A stretch of 64,000 nucleotides of DNA from an uncultured Alphaproteobacteria bacterium. Its GTDB lineage: Bacteria > Pseudomonadota > Alphaproteobacteria > Rhizobiales > Xanthobacteraceae. Below, piece after piece: positions 30,703 through 40,107 of this stretch (its first letter is position 1; every line of letters starts with the position of its first letter). The notes beneath the pieces were generated by a model that saw only the letters and a program-made list of their open reading frames with translations, did no database searches and was not told where the DNA came from. Location: positions 948,022 to 1,012,021 of the forward strand of contig CAWEEF010000001.1 of NCBI GenBank assembly GCA_963808035.1, in the 5' to 3' direction. The translations under genes were made by a program, and so were the position numbers.

Positions 30703-30797
30703 CCCCGAGGAGAGAGATCGATTTGCGCAGCAATTGGGTGAGGGGTGATGCTCCGACTACAGACCTTACCGCCCCAACCCTCTTCCAAGGGATGGGT
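30703..30797. repeat. Degenerate CCCTCTCCC/GGGTGAGGG-family palindromic repeat at right flank of the low-GC island
   Basis: ccccgaggagagag...gggtgagggg...ccccaaccctcttccaagggatggg resembles the intact copy at 50177-50299. Confidence 0.5.
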
Positions 30798-30883
30798 CCG
30801 TTGCCGTTGCAGATCGATCGAATGGCATCATGCTTCAGCCGCGGTGCGCGATAGCCAGCGGCGATCGCCCGAATAATGCCGGG

Positions 30884-32077
30884 TCAGCTTTCGATGCCGC
30901 GCAACGCCAGCACGGCCCGCATGCGCCGCGTCGCCAGTTCCGGATTGGCGAGCAGGCCGGCCTGATCCGCCAACCGAAACAGTTCGGCCAGATGCAGTGT
31001 CGAGCGCGTGCTCTCCTGGCCGCCGACCATGGTGAAATGGTCCTGGTGGCCGTTGAGATAGGCCATGAAGACGACGCCGGTCTTGTAGAACCGCGTCGGC
31101 GCCCTGAAGATGTGACGCGACAGCGGCACCGTCGGTTCCAGCACTTCCCGGAAACCCTTGTCGTCGCCCGCGGCCAACCGCGACAAGGCATAGGATGCCG
31201 CCGGCGCGATGGCGTCGAAAATGCCGAGCAATGCGTGGGAAAATCCCCGGCTATCGCCGGCGATCAGCTCGGCATAGTTGAAATCGTCGCCGGTATACAT
31301 CTTCACATTCCTGTCGAGACGGCGGCGCATGTCGATTTCGCGCTGCATGTCGAGCAGCGAGACTTTCACGCCGTCGACCTTGGCGGCGTTGGCGTTTATG
31401 ATCCCGACCGCAACGTCCATCGCCTGGTCGAGCTTCGCGGTGCCCCAATAATTCGCCAATGCCGGATCGAACATGTCACCGAGCCAGTGAATGATGACGG
31501 GCTCGCGCACCTGCGACAGCACGCGGTCATACACCCTGGCGTAATCGTCGGGGTTACGGCCTACCCTTGCCAGCGCGCGCGAGGCCATTAGGATGATCCG
31601 GCCGCCGGCTTTTTCGACCGCCTCGATCTGCTCCTCATAGGCGCGGATCACGTCGTCGAGATTTTTCGCATCCTCGGGCGCGAGCTGATCGGTGCCGGCG
31701 CCGGAAAACACCAGCGCCTGGCCTTTGGCCTTGGCGGCGGCAACCGAACGCCGGATCAGTTCCAGCGATGTCGGCCAGTCCAGCCCCATGCCGCGCTGGG
31801 CGGTATCCATGGCTTCGGCGACACCGAGGCCGAGATCCCAGACATGCTCGCGAAAGGCGATGGTGCGGTCCCAGTCGATCGCCGCGGAAAGCCAGGGGTC
31901 GACATCGGCAAGCGGATCGGCAACGACGTGGGCCGCGGAAAACGCCACCCGATTGAGGGTGCCCTGCAGTTTCGACGGATACGTCCGGGACCCCGCCAGC
32001 CGGTAGGTCTCGATGCCGCGATCGGCGTTCGGCAATTTCAGCGACAGCGACGAGACCGGCAACACCGGCTTGTTCAT
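30884..32077 (-). CDS. DUF993 / dihydrodipicolinate-synthase-like family protein
   Basis: AFSAAHVVADP, GVAEAMDTAQRGMG, HWLGDMFDP, KVSLLD, YTGDDFNY, HALLGIFD. Confidence 0.85.
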   Translation of the reverse strand: MNKPVLPVSSLSLKLPNADRGIETYRLAGSRTYPSKLQGTLNRVAFSAAHVVADPLADVDPWLSAAIDWDRTIAFREHVWDLGLGVAEAMDTAQRGMGLDWPTSLELIRRSVAAAKAKGQALVFSGAGTDQLAPEDAKNLDDVIRAYEEQIEAVEKAGGRIILMASRALARVGRNPDDYARVYDRVLSQVREPVIIHWLGDMFDPALANYWGTAKLDQAMDVAVGIINANAAKVDGVKVSLLDMQREIDMRRRLDRNVKMYTGDDFNYAELIAGDSRGFSHALLGIFDAIAPAASYALSRLAAGDDKGFREVLEPTVPLSRHIFRAPTRFYKTGVVFMAYLNGHQDHFTMVGGQESTRSTLHLAELFRLADQAGLLANPELATRRMRAVLALRGIES

Positions 32078-32219
32078 GGAAGTGATCCCTTAAACCTTGA
32101 TCGAGTGACACCGATCCGGCGCCACCAGCTCTAGCATGGGCGGCGCGATTTGAGAACGAACCATGTCCTGAGCGGCTGACTCGAAATGCAGCCAACAATC
32201 GTGGATTTATTGCGAAGAT

Positions 32220-32293
32220 CGTCATGCCCGGGCTTGTCCCGGGCATCCACGTCTTGTCGCAGCAGCGGTGAGAAAGGCGTGGATAGCCGGGAC
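32220..32293. repeat. REP-like element (GTCATGCCCGGGCTTGTCCCGGGCATCCAC family), right arm decayed
   Basis: gtcatgcccgggcttgtcccgggcatccacgtc...gcgtggatagccgggac. Confidence 0.75.
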
Positions 32294-32318
32294 GGCCCTG
32301 ATTCAATTTCATCATGCC

Positions 32319-33173
32319 TCAGCGATCCTGGTCGGGCCGCGCCGTCCGCTCCACCAGCAGCGTGGGGATGCCGCAGGTACCATTGCGTACCGTGAGCACC
32401 CGCGTGCCCGGCTTGCGGCCGGCTCGCACCTCGGACGCATCGACGCCGGCCGACACCAGCCGCGCCCGGGTCGCATCGATGTCGGCCACGCGCCAGCTCA
32501 TGCCCCATAATCTGTCATGGGCCTTGTCGGCATTCGGGTCCGGCCGGTGCACGATCTCGACAATGAGATCGCCGCAGCGGAAGAACATCAGCCGGCCCCA
32601 ATCCGGATGCGAGCGGTCGAGCGCCATGTCGAGCCCGAGCCGCGCGCCATAGAGCGCGACCGCGGGCTCCGGATCCGCCGTCGAGATCACCACATGGTCC
32701 ATGGCGGTGATCGATGCCGGAACGGTCCGCACTGACAGCGGACGTTCCCTCGCCAGCTCCACGAAGAAAAACCGGACGCCGCGCGTCGCGTCGGTGGCCG
32801 CGCGGGTCCGTTTCCAGGACAAGGTTGCGCCCGATATCGCGTCGCGGCTTTCGGCCTCGGCGACCGGTTCCGGTTTCAGCGTCAACCGATCCAGCCTGCG
32901 ATGCATTTTCGCGATGTCATTGCTGCGAAAACACAGGCTCGCAAGTCCCTCGCCCTGTGCCGCAATGACCGCGCGGATCCGCTCGGCGGGGGCGCCCTCG
33001 CCCGCCGGCGCCATCAGTTCCAGCGTCATGTTGTCGAGGGTGAACAGCACCCGATCGGCGCCCTCGCCGGAATGCTGCCACGCCGGCGTGCGCGCAAACA
33101 ACGTCTGATAGGCCGCTCTCCCAGCGTCGATGTCGTTGACGAGAACGACGACGTGATCGAGCCCGGTAATCAT
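32319..33173 (-). CDS. VOC/glyoxalase family protein (two domains)
   Basis: LDHVVVLV...LELMAP; MDHVVIS...VEIV repeat. Confidence 0.85.
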   Translation of the reverse strand: MITGLDHVVVLVNDIDAGRAAYQTLFARTPAWQHSGEGADRVLFTLDNMTLELMAPAGEGAPAERIRAVIAAQGEGLASLCFRSNDIAKMHRRLDRLTLKPEPVAEAESRDAISGATLSWKRTRAATDATRGVRFFFVELARERPLSVRTVPASITAMDHVVISTADPEPAVALYGARLGLDMALDRSHPDWGRLMFFRCGDLIVEIVHRPDPNADKAHDRLWGMSWRVADIDATRARLVSAGVDASEVRAGRKPGTRVLTVRNGTCGIPTLLVERTARPDQDR

Positions 33174-34429
33174 GGAAACAATCCCCGCGTGGTCTTGGCG
33201 CCGCGGACTTTCTCCACGCCGATCGCCATCGCGGCAGTGCGGTGGGAGACGTTGTCGGCCTTGGCACGCATCACCATCTGGTCGAAGGCGCGGTCGAGGA
33301 TGTGATATTCACGTCGCGTCACTTCCTCTTCTTCCCAGAACAATTGCTGCAGATCCTGCACCCATTCGAAATAGCTGACGACGACGCCGCCGGAATTGCA
33401 GAGAATATCCGGAATCAGAAATATCTCGTCGCGCCGCCTCTCCAGCACGAGATCGGCATCGGGCGTGGTCGGACCGTTGGCGCCCTCGGCCAGCACCCGG
33501 CATTTCAGATTGTCCGCGACGCCGGCGTCGATCACGCGCTCCATCGCCGCCGGCACCAGCACATCGCAGGGCAGCGTGAGAATGTGGGCGGGATCGAACT
33601 GCAACTGGCTGGAGAACCCGGCGATGCTGCCATGCGCGCTGGCGTGCCGCATCAGGGCCGGAATATCGAGCCCGGCCGCGTCGTGCAGCGCGCCGGTATG
33701 ATCGCTGACCGCGATCACCTTGAGGCCGAATTGATGCAATCCGAACGCGGCATAGGAGCCTACATTGCCAAAGCCCTGGACCACGGCGGTGGCATTGTTC
33801 AGGTCGATCGCGAGTTCTTTCATCACCCGTCTGGCGAGATGCGCGACGCCGCGTCCGGTGGCTTCACGCCGACCCAGCGTGCCGCCGGAGGCGACCGGCT
33901 TGCCGGTGACGATCTCGGTCACGGTGCGTCCCTGATACATGGAATAGGTGTCCATGAACCAGGCCATTACCTGTTCGTTGGTGCCCATGTCCGGCGCCAT
34001 CACGTCGGTATGCGGCCCGACGAACGGGATCATCTCCTGCATATAGCGCCGCGACAGCGCCTCGAGTTCGCGCCGGGAGATGGTGGCGGGATCGACCCGA
34101 ATGCCGCCCTTGGCGCCGCCATAGGGCAGGCCGACCAGGGCACACTTCCAGCTCATCCAGATCGCCAGCGCGGCCACTTCGCCGATGTCGACGCTGGGAG
34201 CAAACCGAGTACCGCCCTTGGTGGGACCGAGCGTCAGGTGGTGCTGCACCCGATAGCCCTCGAACACCGCGATCGAACCATCGTCGCGATGGATCGGACA
34301 GGAGACGGTGATGGCCCGCTTCGGCAGCAGCAGGCGCTCGCGCTCGTCCATCGGGATCGACAGATGATTGGCGATCACCCCGAACTGGTTCACCGCCATG
34401 TCGAATACAGGACCGGAATAGACGGTCAT
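33170..34429 (-). CDS. Glu/Leu/Phe/Val dehydrogenase (glutamate dehydrogenase-like)
   Basis: GPTKGGTRF, GGAKGG, APDMGT, VQGFGNVG, EGANGP, VVVSYFEWVQ. Confidence 0.92.
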   Translation of the reverse strand: MTVYSGPVFDMAVNQFGVIANHLSIPMDERERLLLPKRAITVSCPIHRDDGSIAVFEGYRVQHHLTLGPTKGGTRFAPSVDIGEVAALAIWMSWKCALVGLPYGGAKGGIRVDPATISRRELEALSRRYMQEMIPFVGPHTDVMAPDMGTNEQVMAWFMDTYSMYQGRTVTEIVTGKPVASGGTLGRREATGRGVAHLARRVMKELAIDLNNATAVVQGFGNVGSYAAFGLHQFGLKVIAVSDHTGALHDAAGLDIPALMRHASAHGSIAGFSSQLQFDPAHILTLPCDVLVPAAMERVIDAGVADNLKCRVLAEGANGPTTPDADLVLERRRDEIFLIPDILCNSGGVVVSYFEWVQDLQQLFWEEEEVTRREYHILDRAFDQMVMRAKADNVSHRTAAMAIGVEKVRGAKTTRGLFP

Positions 34430-34650
34430 CGCTTCCTCCCTCTGGTCTCGTTGTCAGGAACCTGGAACAGGCAAAGGCCGTTGGGTCGACGGCGCGCCGA
34501 CGCTGCTTAAAATGGTCGTAGTCCGGCAGCACGCTGATCTCAAGCGATAGCAGCGGCGGCATGCGAATAATTCAGCCAATTCCCGCGCGATCAGGTGCTA
34601 TTATGCGGGGCCGGGCCGGGACCACCCATCAGCCCAAGACGGATCACTTC

Positions 34651-35544
34651 ATGCAGGCGCTCTTCATCGGACAAACCTATATCGATGTTACCTTCATCAC
34701 CGACCACATGCCTACCGGCGACGAGAAACACGTTGCATCCGCCTATGCGGTATCGTTCGGCGGCAATGCCGTCACGGCGGCATTCTGCTGCGCCAAGCTC
34801 GGAATCGTGCCGGACCTGCTGGCGACCGTAGCCAATGACTGGCTCGGCCGGATGTTTCAGGACATGACCGCGAAATACGGCATCTCGGTACATCCGAGAA
34901 AGGTCCAGACTTCCTCGTTGTCGTTCATCATGCCAAAGGACGGCAAGCGTGCGATCGTGCGCTGCCGCGACGACGATCACATCCATCCCTTCCCGCTGTT
35001 GAACCTCGGCGGTTGCGGCGCGCTGCATGTCGACGGTCACCAGCCGGATGCCGCGATCCATTATGCGAAACTGTGCCGCGAGGCCGACATCCTGACTTCG
35101 CTCGACGGCGGCGGCCTGCGAACCAATACCCACGAACTGCTGGAATTCATCGACGTCGCCATCGTCGCCGAGCGGTTGTGCGAACAGATGGATCTGACGC
35201 CCGAGAAGATGCTGGACTATCTCAAGAGCAGGGGTTGCCGGGTTGGCGGCGTCACGATGGGAGAACGCGGCCTCAACTGGTATGACGAGAGCGGTACCGT
35301 TCGCGCGCTGCCGGCGCTGCCGATCCCGCGCCAGCGCGTGCTCGATACCAATGGTGCCGGCGACGTCTTCCACGGCGCCTATATCTATTCCTATCTCGAT
35401 AATCCCGGCAAAAGCTGGCACGATCATTTCGAATTTGCGCGCGCGGCGTCGACCTACAAGATTCAGCGTCTCGGCAACGAGGCCGGACTGCCGGCGCTCC
35501 GCGACATCGAAGCCGTCCGGCAGGAATTTCAGGTCGGCGCGTAA
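34651..35544 (+). CDS. PfkB-family sugar kinase
   Basis: GGNAVTAA, DTNGAGDVFHGA; start set at MQALFIG. Confidence 0.88.
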   Translation: MQALFIGQTYIDVTFITDHMPTGDEKHVASAYAVSFGGNAVTAAFCCAKLGIVPDLLATVANDWLGRMFQDMTAKYGISVHPRKVQTSSLSFIMPKDGKRAIVRCRDDDHIHPFPLLNLGGCGALHVDGHQPDAAIHYAKLCREADILTSLDGGGLRTNTHELLEFIDVAIVAERLCEQMDLTPEKMLDYLKSRGCRVGGVTMGERGLNWYDESGTVRALPALPIPRQRVLDTNGAGDVFHGAYIYSYLDNPGKSWHDHFEFARAASTYKIQRLGNEAGLPALRDIEAVRQEFQVGA

Positions 35545-35566
35545 CCAGCTTGCGTGAGGCACGTGC

Positions 35567-36512
35567 ATGGGCCGGGTTTTCGTGGCCGGAAGCGTCAACA
35601 TGGATGTGGTGGCGACGGCCGACCGGCATCCCCGTATCGGCGAGACGGTAGCCGGAGACGCGGTGCGTTATTTTCCCGGCGGCAAGGGCGCGAACCAGGC
35701 GGTGGCTGCCGCCAGGCTCGGCGCGGCGACGGCGCTGATCGGGCGGCTCGGCAAGGATGCGTTCGGCCATGAACTGCGGATGTTTCTCGCCGCGCAGGGT
35801 GTCGACCTCACTTTGGTGCGGGAAACTTCCGGCGTTCACAGCGGGACTGCCATCATCACGCTTGCCAATGCCGACAACACCATCGTCGTCATTCCCGGCG
35901 CCAATGCGCTGGTGAGTGCGGCCGACGTGGAGGGTGCAGCGTTCGTCGCGGGCGATATCGCGGTCAGCCAGTTCGAGATTCCCCTGCCCGCGATCACCGC
36001 CTTCTTCAAACAGGCCCGCGCGGCCGGCGCGACGTACCATCCTCAATCCGGCGCCGGCCGTCGAATTCGGGCGCCCATTGCTCGATCTCACCGATATCCT
36101 GATCCTCAATGAAACCGAACTCGGTCTGCTGGCGCAACGCGAGCTTCGCGACACCGACGATCCCGGCCGCTTCCTGGACGCCGCGAGATCGCTGCGCAGC
36201 GGCGCGGGCCGGATCATCTGCGTCACGCTGGGCAAACGCGGCATCGTTGCGCTGCTGGACGGCGAGCCGTTGATCCTGCCGGGCCATGACGTCCGGACGG
36301 TCGATACCACCGGCGCCGGCGATTGCTTTGTCGGCGCCGTTGCCGCGCAACTCGCCGGCGGCAAATCCATTCGCGACGCGCTGGGCTACGCCAACGCCGC
36401 CGCGTCGATCTGTGTGCAGCGGATGGGCGCGGCGCCGTCGATGCCGACGGCCGAGGAAGTGAGCGACGCGATCTCCCGAACTCGTCCTGGCGAATTCAGC
36501 CAAACCCGCTAA
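35567..36512 (+). pseudogene. rbsK: Ribokinase with +1 frameshift at ~36035
   Basis: GSVNMD, PGGKGANQAVAAARLG in first frame; ILNPAPA, NETE, DTTGAGDCF in second; GCG ACG T ACC ATC CTC AAT CCG shows one extra base. Confidence 0.8.
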
Positions 36513-37729
36513 CCCAGCGCGGCCTTCAGATCGAAGCTGGGATCGGCTGCCTGCTTCGGTTCGATCGATCCGTTGGCTGCGAGGATGCGGCGTCCGAAGA
36601 CATGATCGCCGGCACGATTGATCAACTCGATGCCGATCAGCCGCCCGGCTCTGTAGCAAAAGGCCGAGAACAACGCCTGATCGGGATTGCCCCGTACCAC
36701 CACGCGGTCATATCCGGTCGTCAGGCCTGCGATCTGAAGCTTGTCGGGGCCCTGATCGCTCCAGAACCAGGGCAGGCCATCATAGCTCTGCGCGTCGCCG
36801 GTCAGCCGCGCCGCGACGCAGCGCGCGTGATCGGTCGCGTTCTGCACCAATTCCAGCCGCAGCGCCGCGCCGAAACGCCGGCTCGCATACAGCGCACAGT
36901 CGCCGATCGCCGAGATGTTCGGATCCGCGGTCAAAAGCTGCTCGTCGACCACGATCCCGGCGGCGACCGGCAGGCCGGCGTCACGGGCCAGTTCGACATT
37001 GGGCAGCACGCCGACGCCGACCACGATAAGGTCCGCGGGCAGATGCCGCCCGTCGCTGAGACTGACGCCGGTCACCGCGGTGCCATCGCTTTCGATGGCC
37101 GTCACCTGCACGCCGAGATGGATGCGAATGCCGGCCGCGCTATGCCTCGCCTGGAAAAACTCCGAGACCTCGGCGGTCACCGCCCGTGCCATAACGCGGG
37201 TGCCGAGCTCGACCACATCGACCTCGAGTCCCCTGGCTCGTGCGGTGGCGGCAAATTCCAGTCCGATAAACCCCGCACCGACCACCGCGACGCGCTGACC
37301 CGGTGTGATACGCGCCCGCAGCGCCTCGCTCTCGTCCAGCGTCCGCAGATAGCGCACGTCTTCCAGGCTGGCGTTGGGAAGGTCAAGCAGACGATTGCGC
37401 GCGCCGGTGGCGAGCACAAGGTGCGTATAATCCAGCGCGGAGCCGGATGCGAGCTTGAGCCGGCGCGACGCGCGATCGATGGCGATCGCGCGGTCGGCCA
37501 TCAACTCGATGTTCTGGTCGCGATAAAACTTGTCGGGCCGGAACATCAGGCTGTCCGGAGCTCCGGTGCCTTTCAGATAGGCCTTGGACAGAGGCGGCCG
37601 CTGATACGGCAGATGGGCCTCATCGTTGAACAGGCAGATGCGCTCGCCATAGCCATGCTGCCGCAACGACGCCGCGACCTGAAAACCCGCATGGCCGGCG
37701 CCGACGATCAGGGCTGTTCCCTGCGCCAT
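36509..37729 (-). CDS. FAD-dependent ferredoxin reductase (putidaredoxin-reductase type)
   Basis: GAGHAG, YQRPPLSK, LATGA, GAGFIGLE, AIGDCA, PWFWSDQ. Confidence 0.9.
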   Translation of the reverse strand: MAQGTALIVGAGHAGFQVAASLRQHGYGERICLFNDEAHLPYQRPPLSKAYLKGTGAPDSLMFRPDKFYRDQNIELMADRAIAIDRASRRLKLASGSALDYTHLVLATGARNRLLDLPNASLEDVRYLRTLDESEALRARITPGQRVAVVGAGFIGLEFAATARARGLEVDVVELGTRVMARAVTAEVSEFFQARHSAAGIRIHLGVQVTAIESDGTAVTGVSLSDGRHLPADLIVVGVGVLPNVELARDAGLPVAAGIVVDEQLLTADPNISAIGDCALYASRRFGAALRLELVQNATDHARCVAARLTGDAQSYDGLPWFWSDQGPDKLQIAGLTTGYDRVVVRGNPDQALFSAFCYRAGRLIGIELINRAGDHVFGRRILAANGSIEPKQAADPSFDLKAALG

Positions 37730-37733
37730 TGGG

Positions 37734-38951
37734 TCAGGCCGGCACGATGCGCAGCGGCAAGGTATCGAGCCCGCGCAAGGTGTTGTTCAGCCGCCGCTCG
37801 GGTTTGCCGGTCAGCTCGAATGACGCGACGCGCCGGGTGAGTGCGCCGAAGATCGCCTCGCTTTCGAGCCGTGCCACCGCCTGGCCGACGCAACCGTGAA
37901 TCCCGGTGCCAAAGGTCATGTGGCCGGCGGCGCGGCGCCGGACGTCGAACGTATCGGCGTTGTCCCAGCGGCGCGGGTCGCGATTGGCCGCGGCCAGAAA
38001 CAGCAGCACTTTTTCCCCTTCGCCGATCGCCACGCCGCCGACGTCAACCGCCCTCGTTGTGGTACGGAAAAAAGTCTGCACCGGAGCCTCAAAGCGCAGC
38101 ACTTCCTCAAACGACCCGCGGATCAAATTGGGGTTTTCGCGAAGAATTTTCCACTGCTCCGGAAAGCTCGCAAAACAATAGAGCGCATTGCCGAGCCCAT
38201 AGACCGTCGTATCGATACCAGCCGAAAGAAACGAGCGCACCAGCATACCCGCCTCGGCTTCCGTCAGCTCGCCGGCATCGACGGCCTGGAAAATCTGGAT
38301 GCCCAGTCGATCCGGCGCCAGCGCAGCGCGGCTGCATTTCGACATGATCCAGTCCCGTACCGGTCCGGCATTGGCCATCGCCTTGTCGAACAGATCGTTG
38401 CGCGGACCGAACGAGTTGAACACCATGGTGCCATAGGGCATCAGGTTCTCGCGGCCGTCTTCCGAAAGTCCGACCGCATCCGGAAACACCTTGAGCGGGT
38501 AGGTCTCGGCCAGATCGGCGACGCCGTCGAATTCGCGGCGTTCGACCAGCCGATCGACTAGCGCATCCGCCTCGCGCGCAAAGCTGTCGCGCAGGACATT
38601 GATCGCGGCCGGTGACAGGATGCGCGTCAGTACTGCACGGGTCCGGGTATGCAGCGGTGGGTCGGCTTCCAGAATGATGCTCGGCGGACGCCACGGCGGC
38701 TCCTTGCGGAAATCGCTCAAGCCGACCCCGGCCGAGGAACAATAGGTCTGCCAGTCGCTCAGCGCGTCGCGGACCTCCTGATGCCGGGCCATCGCCCAAA
38801 TTCCGTACTGCTGGAGCCATACCACCGGCCCCGCCTCGCGCAGGGCCTGATGGTGCGGATAGGGGTCGTGCAGGAACTGATGCGAGAACGGATCGATGCT
38901 GGAAACCGGACGATCGATGGTCGCTGTCGAATTCGTCATTGTCGAATTCAT
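37734..38951 (-). CDS. Cytochrome P450, CYP199A-like (para-substituted benzoate oxidase)
   Basis: CSSAGVGLSDF...WRPPSIILEADPP, SAGIDTT, EVLR, FGTGIHGCVG; start could be ATG 38951 or 38939. Confidence 0.85.
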   Translation of the reverse strand: MNSTMTNSTATIDRPVSSIDPFSHQFLHDPYPHHQALREAGPVVWLQQYGIWAMARHQEVRDALSDWQTYCSSAGVGLSDFRKEPPWRPPSIILEADPPLHTRTRAVLTRILSPAAINVLRDSFAREADALVDRLVERREFDGVADLAETYPLKVFPDAVGLSEDGRENLMPYGTMVFNSFGPRNDLFDKAMANAGPVRDWIMSKCSRAALAPDRLGIQIFQAVDAGELTEAEAGMLVRSFLSAGIDTTVYGLGNALYCFASFPEQWKILRENPNLIRGSFEEVLRFEAPVQTFFRTTTRAVDVGGVAIGEGEKVLLFLAAANRDPRRWDNADTFDVRRRAAGHMTFGTGIHGCVGQAVARLESEAIFGALTRRVASFELTGKPERRLNNTLRGLDTLPLRIVPA

Positions 38952-39093
38952 CGCTTGCTCCCGTTCCGGCATGGCCATGCAGGTGCCCTGCCTTGCCGTT
39001 GATCGGCATCTTGCAGACATCGCCGGGGATTGTCACCTCCCGCCTTCTGCTATTTAAATGCCGGGCAACCGACTGATCCCCGAGGCTCGTTCC

Positions 39094-39891
39094 ATGCCGA
39101 CATCATCCGATCCCGTTGCCGACGAACCGGCGCTGCTCCGGGTCGAAGGCCCGATCGCCACCATCACGCTCAATCGGCCGGCCGCCTTCAACTCGATCGA
39201 CCTTGCGATCGCCAGAAAGCTGGAGCAACTCGGCGCCGCGGTCGAGGCCTCCGACGAAATCCGGGTGCTGGTGATCGAAGGCGAAGGCCGCGCCTTCTGC
39301 GGCGGCGGCGATCTGCAGACCATCGGCGCCGCGGCCGCCGCCAATACCATCGCGCCCGTGGTCGGCGAACTGCTGCACCACTACCACGCCTTCATCACCA
39401 CGCTGCGGCGGATGCCGAAGATCGTGCTGGCGAGCGTGCACGGATCGGCGGCCGGCGCCGGAATGTCGCTCGCCTTCGTGGCCGACCTCTGCATTGCGGC
39501 GGAAGAGGCCCGCTTCACCCCGGCCTACGCGAAGCTCGGTGTTTCACCCGATGGCGGCGGTACCGCCGGCGTGGCTGCCGCCGTCGGCGCCCGGCGCGCC
39601 CTGCAGATCTATCTCGCCGAGGACGGCTTTTCGGCCGCACAGGCCTGCGATTGGGGCCTGGTCGTCAAGGTCGTTCCGGCCGTCGAACTGAAGGCCGCCA
39701 CGCGCGAACTGGCGCAACGCCTGGCGCAGAATGCGCCGGCCGCACTCGCGGCAACCAAGGCCTTGGTCTACCGGGCGCCGACCTCGCCGATCGAAGCCCA
39801 GCTCGATGCCGAGCGCGACGCCATCATCGACTGCATGCACACCGACGAATTCCGAGCGGCGGTGAAGAAGTTCACCAGCAAGGGCAAATAA
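39094..39891 (+). CDS. Enoyl-CoA hydratase/isomerase family protein
   Basis: LNRP..FN, FCGGGDL, AAGAGMSL, GVSPDGGG. Confidence 0.88.
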   Translation: MPTSSDPVADEPALLRVEGPIATITLNRPAAFNSIDLAIARKLEQLGAAVEASDEIRVLVIEGEGRAFCGGGDLQTIGAAAAANTIAPVVGELLHHYHAFITTLRRMPKIVLASVHGSAAGAGMSLAFVADLCIAAEEARFTPAYAKLGVSPDGGGTAGVAAAVGARRALQIYLAEDGFSAAQACDWGLVVKVVPAVELKAATRELAQRLAQNAPAALAATKALVYRAPTSPIEAQLDAERDAIIDCMHTDEFRAAVKKFTSKGK

Positions 39892-39926
39892 TGTCGGCGG
39901 CCTTCGTAGCCAAGCCCGTCACAGCT

Positions 39927-40090
39927 CGTCATTCCGGGGCGTGCGGAGCACGAGCCCGGAATCCATACGCCCGATGGTGGTTATGGATTCCGGGCCTGCG
40001 CCATCCAAGTCGGCTGTTGCCGACTTGGACAATCGTATATTTGCTGAACTCGGGTAAACCCGAGTTCAGTCAGCGCATCCCGGAATGACG
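39927..40090. repeat. REP-like element (GTCATTCCGG...CCGGAATGAC family) carrying an inserted double hairpin
   Basis: Same termini and core as 42049, 44398, 52767; extra ccaagtcggc..gccgacttgg and gaactcggg..cccgagttc hairpins inside. Confidence 0.85.
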
Positions 40091-40107
40091 TGGATGGGTA
40101 TTGAGCG

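Noticed and set aside
27115-30830. Integrative element or prophage interpretation of the low-GC island
   Set aside because: No integrase, tRNA, att repeats or phage genes visible
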